Assembly: GCA_964445105.1 (NCBI GenBank)
Contig: CAYUJS010000003.1
Location: 9,059-73,058 of the forward strand
Source: an uncultured bacterium
GTDB taxonomy: Bacteria; Chlamydiota; Chlamydiia; Chlamydiales; JAJFMA01
Length of the DNA stretch: 64,000 bases
Reading direction: 5' to 3'
Shown here in pieces: positions 9,659 through 19,457 of this stretch. A program made the translations under genes and the position numbers. Within the stretch, counting starts at the first letter, position 1. Each line of letters starts with the position of its first letter. The notes below the pieces were generated by a model that ran no database searches, was not told the DNA's origin, and saw nothing but the letters and a program-made list of their open reading frames with translations.

Positions 9659-10513
9659 ATGCGAATTCTAGTTTTGGCTGTTTTGGCGTTATTTTGGGCG
9701 TCTTGCGTTGATGCAGCGGAGAGCGGCCAGGTTGCTGCAACGACGTTAAGAAGCCGCTCGTTGAGAAACAGCCATGACATATGGGTCTACACTCCACCGG
9801 GCTATAGCGAGCAGGCACAGGCCTACCCTTTATTGATTGTTTTTGATGGACAAGCTTACATTTCCGACGAGTCGGTGCACACTCCCAAAATACTCGATCA
9901 GCTGATTAACGCAGGAGAAATTCGGCCCACTTTAACGGTCTTTATCAGCAGTGGAGAGCAGAAGCGCCGCAATAAAGAGCTTCTCTGTTACGAGCCATTT
10001 GCGCGCTTTGTATCCAAGGATGTCTTGGGCTATATGCACAAGCATTACAACGTCTCTAGTGATCCAGCAGACGTGGTAGTCGCTGGGTCTAGCTATGGCG
10101 GATTGGCTGCAGCTTATGTGGCATTTCTACACTCTGACCAAATTGGAAACGTGCTTTCTCAATCCGGAGCTTTCTATTGGGCACTGCCTAAATGTGACCG
10201 TAATCCCTCTTATTTGATCAGACAGTATCGCCGCTCTGAATGTCTGCCTGTGCGATTTCACCTGGAAGCCGGCAATTGGGAGACAGAAGGGCGAAACAGC
10301 GTCCTAGCTGTGAACCGCCAAATGCAGCAGGTACTGCGTGCAAAAGGCTACGACGTCTCCTACCAAGAGTTCAAAGGAGGGCACGAATATAAATACTGGC
10401 GTGAAACACTCTCGGAAGGGCTTAAAGTGCTTTTGGCGCCCTCTTGCCCAACCCTAATCGAAAAAATATCAGCGGCAATAAAAACAGTTCTCGTTGAACA
10501 AGTGCCTGCCTAG
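9659..10513 (+). CDS. Secreted alpha/beta hydrolase, enterochelin-esterase-like (putative esterase family)
   Basis: Signal peptide from the ATG at 9659. Motifs IWVYTPPGY...YPLLIVFDG and nucleophile elbow GSSYGG. Confidence 0.6.
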   Translation: MRILVLAVLALFWASCVDAAESGQVAATTLRSRSLRNSHDIWVYTPPGYSEQAQAYPLLIVFDGQAYISDESVHTPKILDQLINAGEIRPTLTVFISSGEQKRRNKELLCYEPFARFVSKDVLGYMHKHYNVSSDPADVVVAGSSYGGLAAAYVAFLHSDQIGNVLSQSGAFYWALPKCDRNPSYLIRQYRRSECLPVRFHLEAGNWETEGRNSVLAVNRQMQQVLRAKGYDVSYQEFKGGHEYKYWRETLSEGLKVLLAPSCPTLIEKISAAIKTVLVEQVPA

Positions 10514-10558
10514 CAAAAATATCGAAAAATCCCTACGAGGGCTTGTTGCTAAAGATCG

Positions 10559-11950
10559 TTATGTCTGAATTGGCAGCTTTTGTTGGCTCCACGCTTGCAT
10601 GCCGCCTTGGACGCTGTGTACGTTCTTAAAACCGGCTTTGTAAAGCAACGAGGCTGCAATTGACGCTCGCGGGCCCATTTCACACACTGTATAAACAGGT
10701 TGATTTTTGGGAATGAATGCCAATTGCTGGGTTAGCGATGCGAGTTCAATATGCAGCGCATTAGCGATATGGCCATTTTTCCATTCGACAGCGGTTCTCA
10801 CGTCCACCACACAAACCTGCTCTTTACGACCTGCTACTAGCTCTGGGGCTGCTAAAGGTATCGTTGAGAGCGGCTCCACTTGCTGAGTGAACTGCGGTTT
10901 GAAAAGACAGTAGCCGATTATCTGATCGAGGCCGACCAAACGCAGAGTCGAAAGCGCAGACTGCAAAGCCTCTTCACTGGGGCCGATCACAGCAATAGGG
11001 CTTCCCGGGGGGATAAACTCCACTGCCCACTTGGCGAACGATGCTGCCACAGGAATGTTTACCGAGCCGGTGACAAAGCCCTTTGAAAACTCTTCTAGGG
11101 CGCGCACATCTAGTAAGAAGGTTTTATGTGGATCCAACGCCGCTATCTCGCAGGGCGGCATATTGCGCGACGGCACCAGGTCGGCTAGCAGCGTCTGCCC
11201 GGCGAGGTTAATTTGCTTCATGCGCGCAAAATAGCTGGGCAGCGGAGGCGTATTTTGAAGCAGCTTTTCCATCCAGCTGTCTTCAGAATCTACTTGCAAC
11301 AGGGGATTAACGAGCCTCTCGTAGCCCAAGGTAGATGAATCCATGCCACCAATTAGTTTGCCACACAAGGATCCTGAGCCGTGAGCCGGGAATATCGCTA
11401 GATAGTCGGGTAGCTTGGGTAGCACGTTTATAATAGAGAGGTAAAGCTGCTTTGTGAGGGTCTTGGCTGCCTCTTCCCCAAGTAAATCTGGACGACCAGC
11501 GCTGTCGACGAGTAGAAAATCTCCTGTGAGAGCCATGCAGGGATGCTCTTTACTGCGTGTGCCATCAAACACGATATAGCTCATATGTTCAGGGCTGTGG
11601 CCGGGCGTGTGCCAGGCCTGTATGCGCACTGAACCTAGGTCCACCTCATCGCGGTCTTGTAGCGCTCTGTCAGCGTACTGCGGCGTCCAGCCCTGGCCGG
11701 CCGCGCCAGAGCAGTGAATCGTCGCCTTGCCCTTCAAGTGGTGCTTGAGCTCTCTGGCGCCGGAAAGGAAGTCAGCGTGGACATGAGTTTCCAAGATATC
11801 AGTGATCGATAGCTTTTCGCTTTCGATAAGCTTCAGGATGGGCGTGATATTTCTTACGGGATCGACCACAGCGCACTGGTTAGTTTTTTGGTCGACGAGC
11901 AGGTAGGTGAAAATAGCCAGTTCACGAGTTGACAACCGGTGCATGCGCAT
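10559..11950 (-). CDS. MBL-fold persulfide-dioxygenase-like domain fused to two rhodanese domains
   Basis: HVHADF metal motif, WHTPGHSPEH, then two rhodanese-like regions, the last with a CEMGPR active-site loop. The start is moved to ATG 11950 because the upstream 18 codons run into a repeat copy. Confidence 0.8.
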   Translation of the reverse strand: MRMHRLSTRELAIFTYLLVDQKTNQCAVVDPVRNITPILKLIESEKLSITDILETHVHADFLSGARELKHHLKGKATIHCSGAAGQGWTPQYADRALQDRDEVDLGSVRIQAWHTPGHSPEHMSYIVFDGTRSKEHPCMALTGDFLLVDSAGRPDLLGEEAAKTLTKQLYLSIINVLPKLPDYLAIFPAHGSGSLCGKLIGGMDSSTLGYERLVNPLLQVDSEDSWMEKLLQNTPPLPSYFARMKQINLAGQTLLADLVPSRNMPPCEIAALDPHKTFLLDVRALEEFSKGFVTGSVNIPVAASFAKWAVEFIPPGSPIAVIGPSEEALQSALSTLRLVGLDQIIGYCLFKPQFTQQVEPLSTIPLAAPELVAGRKEQVCVVDVRTAVEWKNGHIANALHIELASLTQQLAFIPKNQPVYTVCEMGPRASIAASLLYKAGFKNVHSVQGGMQAWSQQKLPIQT

Positions 11951-12009
11951 AGAAAAAACCTCGGGGTGTATGATCCTTTTAAGCAGGCCAGCAGCTTCTG
12001 GCAAACAGG

Positions 12010-12082
12010 AAAGCAGGCCGGCTCCGGGATAGCTTATTTTGTTTCTCGCGGGATTGGTTCTTTTTTTAGCGGGAACTGCTGG
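12010..12082 (+). repeat. Internally deleted repeat, copy C
   Basis: The right end ggttctttttttagcgggaactgctgg matches the family TIR. The left part matches internal repeat sequence (ggccggctccggg...ttattttgtttctcg). Confidence 0.5.
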
Positions 12083-12141
12083 TTAATAACAAGGGCTTTT
12101 CCTTCTTGATTTCTTCAAGTCATTCATTTACAATATCTCCT

Positions 12142-13218
12142 ATGTCTGAGCGGAAAAAGTTTGCATTAGATTTGTCTGAAACAGAATGGCGGGAGTGGTT
12201 AGCTACGATTGGTGCTCCGGCGTTCGCAGCCAAGCAAATTCTCGACTGGATTTTTCGTCATCATGTGACAGACCCGCTTAAATTTTCTAACCTCTCTTTA
12301 GCTGTGCGCGAGGCTCTTTTAGCGGGGTTTGAGTGGGAAGGCTACGCCATCGATTCCGCGCTATCTTCTATAGATGGAAGTGAGAAACTGCTCTTGAAGA
12401 CAACCGACGGTTTATTTACCGAGCTGGTGATTATGCCCTCAGAGAACCGCATGACACTCTGTGTGAGCAGTCAAGTAGGCTGTCGCATGGGCTGCACCTT
12501 CTGCCAAACTGGAAAAATTGGCTTCAAACGCCATCTTAGCCGCGGAGAAATCTTGGCGCAGGTCATACTGGCCAATCAACGGCTAAGCGAGCGCAAAGTT
12601 TCCAACGTGGTTTTTATGGGGATGGGAGAGCCTTTGGACAACTACGATGAGGTCGTGGCGGCCTGCCGGGTGATGATCGATCTACGTTACTTTGGACTCT
12701 CGAAGCATCGCGTGACTGTCTCTACTTCGGGCCTCATTCCCGAGATCCAGCGCTTAGGACAGGATCTGCCCGTACGTTTGGCCATTTCGCTTCATTCCGC
12801 CGACGATGCCCATCGTAGCGCGATGATGCCGGTCAACCGTAAATATCCACTGGCGGAACTGAAGAAGGTGCTGCTGGAATATCCCGCTCCTTCGCGTTAT
12901 GGCATCACCTTCGAGTATGTGATGATCAAAGGCGAAAACGACTCTATCAAAGATGCCAAACGTTTGGTCTCTTTTCTCCACGGGATCAAAGCGAAAGTAA
13001 ACTTGATTCCGATGAATCATTTTCCTGGTAGCGCTATGTCGTGCGCGGACTCAGAGCAAATCAAGGCCTTTCAAACATACTTGAGCGAGCGTTGTATCCC
13101 CGCTCCCGTGCGTTACAGTCGCGGGCAGGATGTAAGCGCTGCCTGCGGACAGCTGGCCGCTAAACGCGAAGAAGAATTAGGTCTAGACCCGCGCATTCTA
13201 CGTCGTCAGCGCAGTTAA
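12142..13218 (+). CDS. rlmN: 23S rRNA/tRNA (adenine-C2)-methyltransferase RlmN, radical SAM
   Basis: CVSSQVGCRMGCTFCQTG radical-SAM cluster motif plus GMGEPL and IPMN regions. ATG 12142 is preferred to the upstream TTG. Confidence 0.9.
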   Translation: MSERKKFALDLSETEWREWLATIGAPAFAAKQILDWIFRHHVTDPLKFSNLSLAVREALLAGFEWEGYAIDSALSSIDGSEKLLLKTTDGLFTELVIMPSENRMTLCVSSQVGCRMGCTFCQTGKIGFKRHLSRGEILAQVILANQRLSERKVSNVVFMGMGEPLDNYDEVVAACRVMIDLRYFGLSKHRVTVSTSGLIPEIQRLGQDLPVRLAISLHSADDAHRSAMMPVNRKYPLAELKKVLLEYPAPSRYGITFEYVMIKGENDSIKDAKRLVSFLHGIKAKVNLIPMNHFPGSAMSCADSEQIKAFQTYLSERCIPAPVRYSRGQDVSAACGQLAAKREEELGLDPRILRRQRS

Positions 13219-13441
13219 GGCGCCCTCGTCCGAGTGGGCAATGATTATTGCCGCCGTCCTCATCGCATTACTAGCAAGACTGACGGTAGGCTGAGCAAAA
13301 TTTTTCGAGAGTTGGCCTAAAAAGCGGTAGGCCTCCTGTGCATTGCGCCTTAGGGCGGCCTTTTATGAGGTATGCTAACAAAAATAACGCAGGTATCGTG
13401 AAACAGTCTCATTGTACAGCGGAAGGCCTGAAGATGGCACT

Positions 13442-14785
13442 CTAGACCACTCTGCCCACAAGGTCGTAGCCGGCGATATCTGTGATTTCAACGGTGTAGA
13501 TCTGTCCGAATGCTTTCACTAGCCTACCGTCGTTGATGATGACCTCTCCATCAATCTCTGGGCATTGGCCGCGATGGCGGCCGCGCATGAGTAGATTTGA
13601 GTCGGGGTGATACCCCTCAACGATTATGGGAAGGCGCTTGCCGATCCATTTGCGATTGTTTTTCTCAACGACTTTTTGCTGTAAGTTGGCCAAATGCTTT
13701 TGCCGCTTGCTTTTCACCTCGTCGCTTACCTGTCCAGGGAGGGTGGCTGCGTGGCTACCGGGTTCCTGCGAAAACTTGAAGATTCCCACATTGTCTAGAG
13801 GGTACTCTTGAATGAACTGGCATAGCTCTTCAAACTGCTCTTTAGTCTCTCCTGGGTAGCCCACGATCAAGCTGGTGCGGATAGAGATGTCGGGCACCTC
13901 TCTGCGCAATTTGGTGAGGCTGTTGATGATGTCTTGCTTGCTTGTCGCGCGGCGCATAGATTTCAAGAGATCATCGTTTATATGCTGGAGAGGCATGTCG
14001 AGGTAGGGGCAGATGCGCGAATCGTTTTTCATCAGCGCGATCACCTCATCGTTGATCTCATCAGGGTACAAGTAGAGCAGCCGCAACCAGAAGTCTCCGG
14101 GCTCTTTCAGCAGCTCCTGGAGCAAATAAATCAGTCCTTCTACTTTAGAAAATCCTTTGTCGCGGCCCCAATCACCTAAATCTTGGGCGATCAGGATAAT
14201 CTCCTTCACACCTTGATTGCGAAGAATGCGGAACTCTTTCAGGATTTGGTCTGTAGGCTTGCTTTTGAGCGGGCCTTTGATATCTGGGATGATACAGTAA
14301 GCACAGCGTTTGCGGCAGCCTTCTGCGATCTTAAGGTAGGCGTAATGTTTAGGGGTGGAAAGCTGGCGGGGTACTTCGCCGGATTCTAAGTAACTGCGCG
14401 CTGTGGTAATCTGCTCGCCTTGCTCGTTGGCGTGTACAGCCTTTAAGATGCCCTCTACGTCTCCAGAGCCCAGCAGAAAGTCAACTTTGGGCTGGTGCTC
14501 TTTGATATCTTGGCTGTGCGTTTGCACCATGCAGCCTGTAACAATCACCTTGGCGGATTTTTTGCGTTCTGTGATCGCGTTACCAATGGTGTCTAGGGAC
14601 TCTTGTCGCGATGCTTCAAGGAAGCCGCAGGTATTAATAATGATATAATCTGCTGTGGGTAGCTCTTGAGCGACCTCATAGCCGGATTGCAGCAAGATGC
14701 CAAGCATCACTTCCGTGTCCACTAGGTTGCGGGGGCAGCCTAAACTGATAAAATGGATCTTATTTCCACGTTCGCGGAAAGTCAT
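13442..14785 (-). CDS. rimO: Ribosomal protein S12 methylthiotransferase RimO
   Basis: N-terminal SLGCPRNLVDTE, radical-SAM AEGCRKRCAYCIIP and a C-terminal TRAM-like region. ATG 14785 gives 447 aa, the typical RimO length. Confidence 0.85.
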   Translation of the reverse strand: MTFRERGNKIHFISLGCPRNLVDTEVMLGILLQSGYEVAQELPTADYIIINTCGFLEASRQESLDTIGNAITERKKSAKVIVTGCMVQTHSQDIKEHQPKVDFLLGSGDVEGILKAVHANEQGEQITTARSYLESGEVPRQLSTPKHYAYLKIAEGCRKRCAYCIIPDIKGPLKSKPTDQILKEFRILRNQGVKEIILIAQDLGDWGRDKGFSKVEGLIYLLQELLKEPGDFWLRLLYLYPDEINDEVIALMKNDSRICPYLDMPLQHINDDLLKSMRRATSKQDIINSLTKLRREVPDISIRTSLIVGYPGETKEQFEELCQFIQEYPLDNVGIFKFSQEPGSHAATLPGQVSDEVKSKRQKHLANLQQKVVEKNNRKWIGKRLPIIVEGYHPDSNLLMRGRHRGQCPEIDGEVIINDGRLVKAFGQIYTVEITDIAGYDLVGRVV

Positions 14786-15138
14786 TTCTCGCTCAATGCC
14801 GGTCTCGCGCGAATTAGTGTTGGGCGTTTGCGGTAGCGAATTTTCACGATACATTTTTAACATTTGAGCACCAAAAAAGTTGACAATGCGTTCTATTTTA
14901 ACGGGTTGTCGGGGACTTTGCAAGCAAAATGGCTACGGCATTCTTAAATATAAATTAGCAATGAGTTTCACCGGCCGTTTTGCAAGGTATCAATTCAACT
15001 CAGATTGTCTTGTGGTTTAAAAAGAGACTATGTTAAAAACATCTAGATCCCTTTTTTAGATAGTTGGATGTCACTTTACGTAGTGGTGTTCAGGGATGGC
15101 TGATTTTTAGGCAAACCGCAAAATTTAGGAGTTTAACA

Positions 15139-15696
15139 ATGGTAGACTTACAGGCATTTAACCCTTTTCCGGTCAGCTTTGACCGATTTGCTCCGACCTT
15201 AGTTGCTGGACTTATCGTCGGCCGCAGCTTACGGAATAGAGGTTTTGAAGGCACCCAAGCAACACTAGCTGGCGTAGGGCTAGTTGCAGGTGCGCAATTA
15301 GTTCGTAACTTGACGGCTCCTATATTTAAAGAGGGCACTGGCTTCAAAAAGCAATGGGGCACTCTTTATACTCAACCTAATGAGAGATCCCCACTCGCCA
15401 GTCGCTTTGCTCACAACTTCGCGCGCGATATCACTTTGGGTGCTCTAGCTTTGGTGTCAGTTGCAGGCGTGCTTAGTTACACGAAAGACGCTCGTATTAT
15501 TGGACCTGCAGTTGGCAGCCCAGCGGCCCAGTTGTTTGCTCAATTCTCGCGAGCCACTGGTTGGACGGCAAAATTAGGCAGAGCAGTTTCGATTGGGGCT
15601 CTCGTTGCTAGTGCCTCTTGGATCTCTCGCCAAGCACTGCATATCGTTGACAAGTTAGCTGCTAGTGATTATTCGGGCATCTCTCTTCAGGCGTAG
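15139..15696 (+). CDS. Hypothetical Gly/Ala-rich membrane protein
   Basis: AGGAG lies 7 nt upstream of ATG 15139. Several hydrophobic segments. A strong terminator follows. I recognise no motif. Confidence 0.5.
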   Translation: MVDLQAFNPFPVSFDRFAPTLVAGLIVGRSLRNRGFEGTQATLAGVGLVAGAQLVRNLTAPIFKEGTGFKKQWGTLYTQPNERSPLASRFAHNFARDITLGALALVSVAGVLSYTKDARIIGPAVGSPAAQLFAQFSRATGWTAKLGRAVSIGALVASASWISRQALHIVDKLAASDYSGISLQA

Positions 15697-15720
15697 TTTA
15701 GTCAAAGTAAGTTTGTATCA

Positions 15721-15759
15721 AACACCGCTGAGAGTGATCTCAGCGGTGTTTTTTTTTAT
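15721..15759 (+). terminator. Intrinsic terminator
   Basis: Stem aacaccgctgaga/tctcagcggtgtt followed by a T-run. Confidence 0.85.
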
Positions 15760-15934
15760 TTGACTCAGGGCTAAAAGGAATGTTTAGGGGATAGCGCACA
15801 GGACAAAGATAGCACCCTCTTCAAAGCCTGTTCGTTAAGTGGTCGCAAGCTTTAAGGCACTGGCAAAGAAGGTTGCTCTGCGGGGGAACGGGCTTGTGTG
15901 TGAGAAGACTGGCTCGCAGATCAACTGACTCATT

Positions 15935-15975
15935 AAACAACAAAAACGCCGCTGGAGCCTAAGCTTCAGCGGCGT
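15935..15975 (-). terminator. Intrinsic terminator for the repeat-protein gene
   Basis: Stem acgccgctg/cagcggcgt, followed on the minus strand by tttttgttgttt. Confidence 0.7.
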
Positions 15976-16000
15976 TATTATGTAGGTGGTTTAATGTAGG

Positions 16001-16633
16001 CTACCAAGAAACGTTCATTACCGGGATTACTGAGAAGTAAGGGCGGCTTGCTTGGATGTTGATAAAACCGACTTGAACCCCCCTCAGGTGATTGGTGTAG
16101 TTTACGATTCCCAACTGGGCTCCTGTCAACTGTTCTGTATAGTTGATGGCGCCTAATTGAAAGCCATTAACGGTGCCTGCTGAGTTTAGCAGGAGCGCGT
16201 TCTGGAAGCCCAGGAAATCTCCCTCGACTAGATTCAGGATGCCATGCTGCGCGCCGAGACCGTTGCCACACACTTGGTTGATTGCACCAATTTGTGTTCC
16301 TAAGAGGTCGTTGCCAACTAGGTTAACAACACCGATTTGGTAGCCGGTTAGGTTATTGGACAGGCGGTTGACCATGCCGACATCTAAACCTACTAGGCTG
16401 TGGTTGCTGCCGTAGATTAGGCTGATACGTGTGCCCTGGATAGAGTCGCATTCTCTTGATGTCTGAGCTGGTTCGAAGAGACCCAGTGAGATAACAGTAT
16501 TGCGACCGCTAAAAATGGTCTCGCAACCATTTTGGGTGTTTGCGCAGCGACCTTCAACATTTGCCGCAAGGGAGGTGAAGGCGATGCACGCTAGGGCTAG
16601 TGTGCTCGTCAAGTATTTAAACCAATCTTTCAT
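16001..16633 (-). CDS. Secreted protein with 8 tandem 14-15-aa L-x-G-x-Q-x-G-x-x-N repeats
   Basis: Signal peptide. Repeats run from residue 80 to about 193. The C-terminus ends in NVSW, an aromatic terminal residue as in outer-membrane proteins. Confidence 0.6.
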   Translation of the reverse strand: MKDWFKYLTSTLALACIAFTSLAANVEGRCANTQNGCETIFSGRNTVISLGLFEPAQTSRECDSIQGTRISLIYGSNHSLVGLDVGMVNRLSNNLTGYQIGVVNLVGNDLLGTQIGAINQVCGNGLGAQHGILNLVEGDFLGFQNALLLNSAGTVNGFQLGAINYTEQLTGAQLGIVNYTNHLRGVQVGFINIQASRPYFSVIPVMNVSW

Positions 16634-16735
16634 ATAATTCCCTCCTCATGTTTCGGGATCTTATCTCAGTACCTAAGAAAACGATCTTAGGCGCCTTCAC
16701 GCATTGGTGTCAATAGGCAAGATCAAGACACAAAA

Positions 16736-16874
16736 GTAGCCTCTAAAACAAAGAAATCGGCTGGTTCCGGGACAGCTATCTACCTCATTTTGCTCCTTGG
16801 CTAAGGTTGCGAATTCGTCCCAAACTACACCTGCTTGTTAGCCCTCAATGAGCAGGTTTTTTAACGGGATTGCT
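16736..16874 (+). repeat. Degenerate repeat, copy D
   Basis: It shares ggttccggg...cattttgctcct...gcgaattcgtcccaaact and degenerate ends with the family. Confidence 0.6.
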
Positions 16875-16977
16875 ATAGCGGCTCGAGGCAAACATAGAAA
16901 TTATACAGGCGACTTGACGCATTAGTTGTTAGCCGTCCTCAAGAACATTTGCTCGTTATCGCCTTTTTATCCGCCTT

Positions 16978-17946
16978 CTATTTATCCAATAGTGGCCCTT
17001 GGCCCTGCAAGACCACGGTGCCTACGATGTGAATAGGCCAAGCTAGGCCTTCTGGCAGATCTTGTGTGGGCGCTACAATGACCTTGCCGGATAATTCGGA
17101 ATCTATTTTACCATCATTGATCCAGCCGCTTCTAAGATCGAGATGAATTTTACCAGTGTCTTCTCCTTTGAGCTGGTAACTGAAGGTGATGTCTCCTACA
17201 GTCATCTTAGGTGCGTCTGCCAAAGGCATCCGAGAAATTTTAACATCTAGTGCGGCTTGGTTATCGCTGACGGCAAGGAGCGTGTAGTCGATGTGCAGTC
17301 TGACCGGATAACCGTATTGTATGCTGAATTCTTGCAGCCAGTGTTCTCCTTGTTTGATGGGTTGTTCGGGGAACGAGCTGATTAGGCTGTTCATCATTTC
17401 TTGCGTGGCTTTGTCGCCAAATTGATTTTTGAGGGCCTCTTTAGAGAGAACAGCCTTCACTTCTGGCGGGGCTGTCATGTTATCTACGAGGTTGTCTACT
17501 AGTAGGTCAGCGCCTTTCACATCGAGCACCTTTCCGATTGGGCTCATTGTTAGTTGATAGGTCTTGCCTACAATGTCGGCGAGAGGAAAATTTTTGTTGT
17601 CTGCTCCATTGGAATCGAACTCTATAGGTTCTGGCAGCCCTGTGATTTTGTAGGCGAGAGATTTGTAAGTAATCTCCATGTTGTAGTTGGCATCGGCGTC
17701 GATTGAAGCAACCGCGCAGTTTAGGCCCATTTGGAGCATTTGGTGAAATTTAAGAACGGGCGCCTGAGGAATTTCTTGGGTGATGTCTTGATCGATTGTG
17801 GCTTGAAGAGTGTAGACTTCGCCAACTTTTAGCTTTAGTCGCAGGTCGCTATTGGGGATTTTACGGTCGTTAGATGAGTTGCAACCCGTCAAACCAAAAG
17901 TAAAGAGAACGGCGATAGCAAGAGTGGTAAAATACTTAAGATTCAT
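16978..17946 (-). CDS. Hypothetical lipoprotein
   Basis: ATG 17946 gives MNLKYFTTLAIAVLFTFGLTGC, a signal peptide plus lipobox. The upstream 38 codons of the ORF-track call are probably not translated. Confidence 0.6.
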   Translation of the reverse strand: MNLKYFTTLAIAVLFTFGLTGCNSSNDRKIPNSDLRLKLKVGEVYTLQATIDQDITQEIPQAPVLKFHQMLQMGLNCAVASIDADANYNMEITYKSLAYKITGLPEPIEFDSNGADNKNFPLADIVGKTYQLTMSPIGKVLDVKGADLLVDNLVDNMTAPPEVKAVLSKEALKNQFGDKATQEMMNSLISSFPEQPIKQGEHWLQEFSIQYGYPVRLHIDYTLLAVSDNQAALDVKISRMPLADAPKMTVGDITFSYQLKGEDTGKIHLDLRSGWINDGKIDSELSGKVIVAPTQDLPEGLAWPIHIVGTVVLQGQGPLLDK

Positions 17947-18515
17947 GGTTTTTCCTCGCAGAATGGGGTAAGTGTTACACCATAGCGATCTGGGGAATTT
18001 TATCAAAGATGCCGCTTCGAAGGCGCTATATCGTATGACATATTGGCCAAGGCGGCGCACAGTTGAAAACGCGCCCTGGAAAGTACCTCGAGAACGCTGT
18101 TAGTACCCAAGTGGTATCCCAGCAGAGGCTTTTCGGGAGAACTCAAGATGGTGGTTTCTACCGCCGTGGTGTAGGCCTAGTAGGCTTTAATGACCTTCAA
18201 GAGAACGTTGAGCTCAGTATTTTTCAGTTCGTCAAAGCCGATTCGGCTGTTTCTTTTGCGTTGGCGATTTGGTAGCCTATAAAGAACAGAATGTCAACCG
18301 AAAAGAGCGCCAGAATGGCCTCCTAGTGGAAGCTGAAGCGGGTTGCATAAAAAATCTTTTTCGGGTACCTAAGGAGAGGTGATCTCGTCTATTTTTTAAT
18401 TGCACGCGTTGCCAGAGCACTACTTAATGAGCCCAAAAATGGCCCTGCTCGGGTGTAAAGAATGTTGGTTCGTTGGCCGATTGCCATTTTTGGGAAAAAT
18501 TGAGGCGTTTTTATC

Positions 18516-19457
18516 ATGCTATTTAAGGGGACAGCCTATGCGTTAGGCGCTTGTCTGATTTGGGGGATGATCTTTGTGATCCCGCTCTTCATGGAGGGGT
18601 TCAGCTCCATGGAGATCGCTTTAGGGCGCTATCTTGTTTACGGGACTCTGTCTCTGGCTATTTTGGCCAAAGCATTGATGCAAGGGACCTGTCGCTATCC
18701 CTGCTCGATCTGGATGCGGGTTCTGATATTTTCTTTTGTACTGTCGCTTGGCTACTACCCAGCCTTAATCCTTTCTATCCGCTACGCGAACGCTTCGGCA
18801 AGTGCGCTGATTTCTGGGTTGGCGCCGATCGCCATAGCGTTTTACGGAAATTGGCGCGAGCGGGAATGCAGCTTCCGCAGCTTGATCCTACCCTCGCTGT
18901 TGATTTTGGGTGGGCTGGCGACGATTAACGTACCGCACATGCGGCAAAGCGCTTCCCCCTCTGATTATCTGCTAGGGTTAGGCTGTGCAGTCTTCGCTCT
19001 ATGCGCTTGGGTCGGTTACGTAGTTGCTAACTCGCAGTTTTTGAAGCGAAACCCACAAGTTAAGTCCTCTGACTGGACCACTTTGATTGGCGTGGGGGCG
19101 CTATTTTGGTCGGTGCTGGTTATAGCGATCATGGGTGTTTTCTATGTGGAGCATTTTGAACCGCAGCGTTACGTACTGAACGAGCCTGAATTTGCTGTCT
19201 TTTTGGTGGGTTGTGTGGTCCTCGGATTGATATGTTCTTGGCTAGCCCAGTATTTTTGGAATAAAGCCAGCTTTTATTTGCCAGTTTCCTTGGCGGGCCA
19301 GATCACAGTTTTTGAGACCATATTTGCGATTTGTTTTGTATACGCGGTAGAGCAGCGGTTTCCTCCGCAAAAAGAGGTGTTCGGGATTACGCTCTTCTTA
19401 ATGGCCACAGTGGTGGCGCTGCGGAGGTCTCTGCGCGCGATTGAGAAGAAGGCTTAG
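18516..19457 (+). CDS. DMT superfamily (EamA-like) transporter
   Basis: 313 aa with about 10 TM helices in two similar halves. Confidence 0.8.
   Translation: MLFKGTAYALGACLIWGMIFVIPLFMEGFSSMEIALGRYLVYGTLSLAILAKALMQGTCRYPCSIWMRVLIFSFVLSLGYYPALILSIRYANASASALISGLAPIAIAFYGNWRERECSFRSLILPSLLILGGLATINVPHMRQSASPSDYLLGLGCAVFALCAWVGYVVANSQFLKRNPQVKSSDWTTLIGVGALFWSVLVIAIMGVFYVEHFEPQRYVLNEPEFAVFLVGCVVLGLICSWLAQYFWNKASFYLPVSLAGQITVFETIFAICFVYAVEQRFPPQKEVFGITLFLMATVVALRRSLRAIEKKA

Noticed and set aside
13250-13303. 17-codon hydrophobic mini-ORF (MIIAAVLIALLARLTVG) between rlmN and rimO
   Set aside because: It has no RBS, is very short, and overlaps a possible degenerate repeat remnant. The evidence for coding is insufficient.
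18063-18275. 70-aa ORF in the spacer upstream of the DMT gene
   Set aside because: It has no RBS, and the region contains scrambled fragments resembling the intergenic repeat (cgatttggtagcc, ggctgtttcttttgcg). It is more likely non-coding.
18551-18928. 125-aa alternative-frame ORF inside the DMT transporter gene
   Set aside because: It is on the same strand but a different frame from a convincing 10-TM protein, with no independent support.
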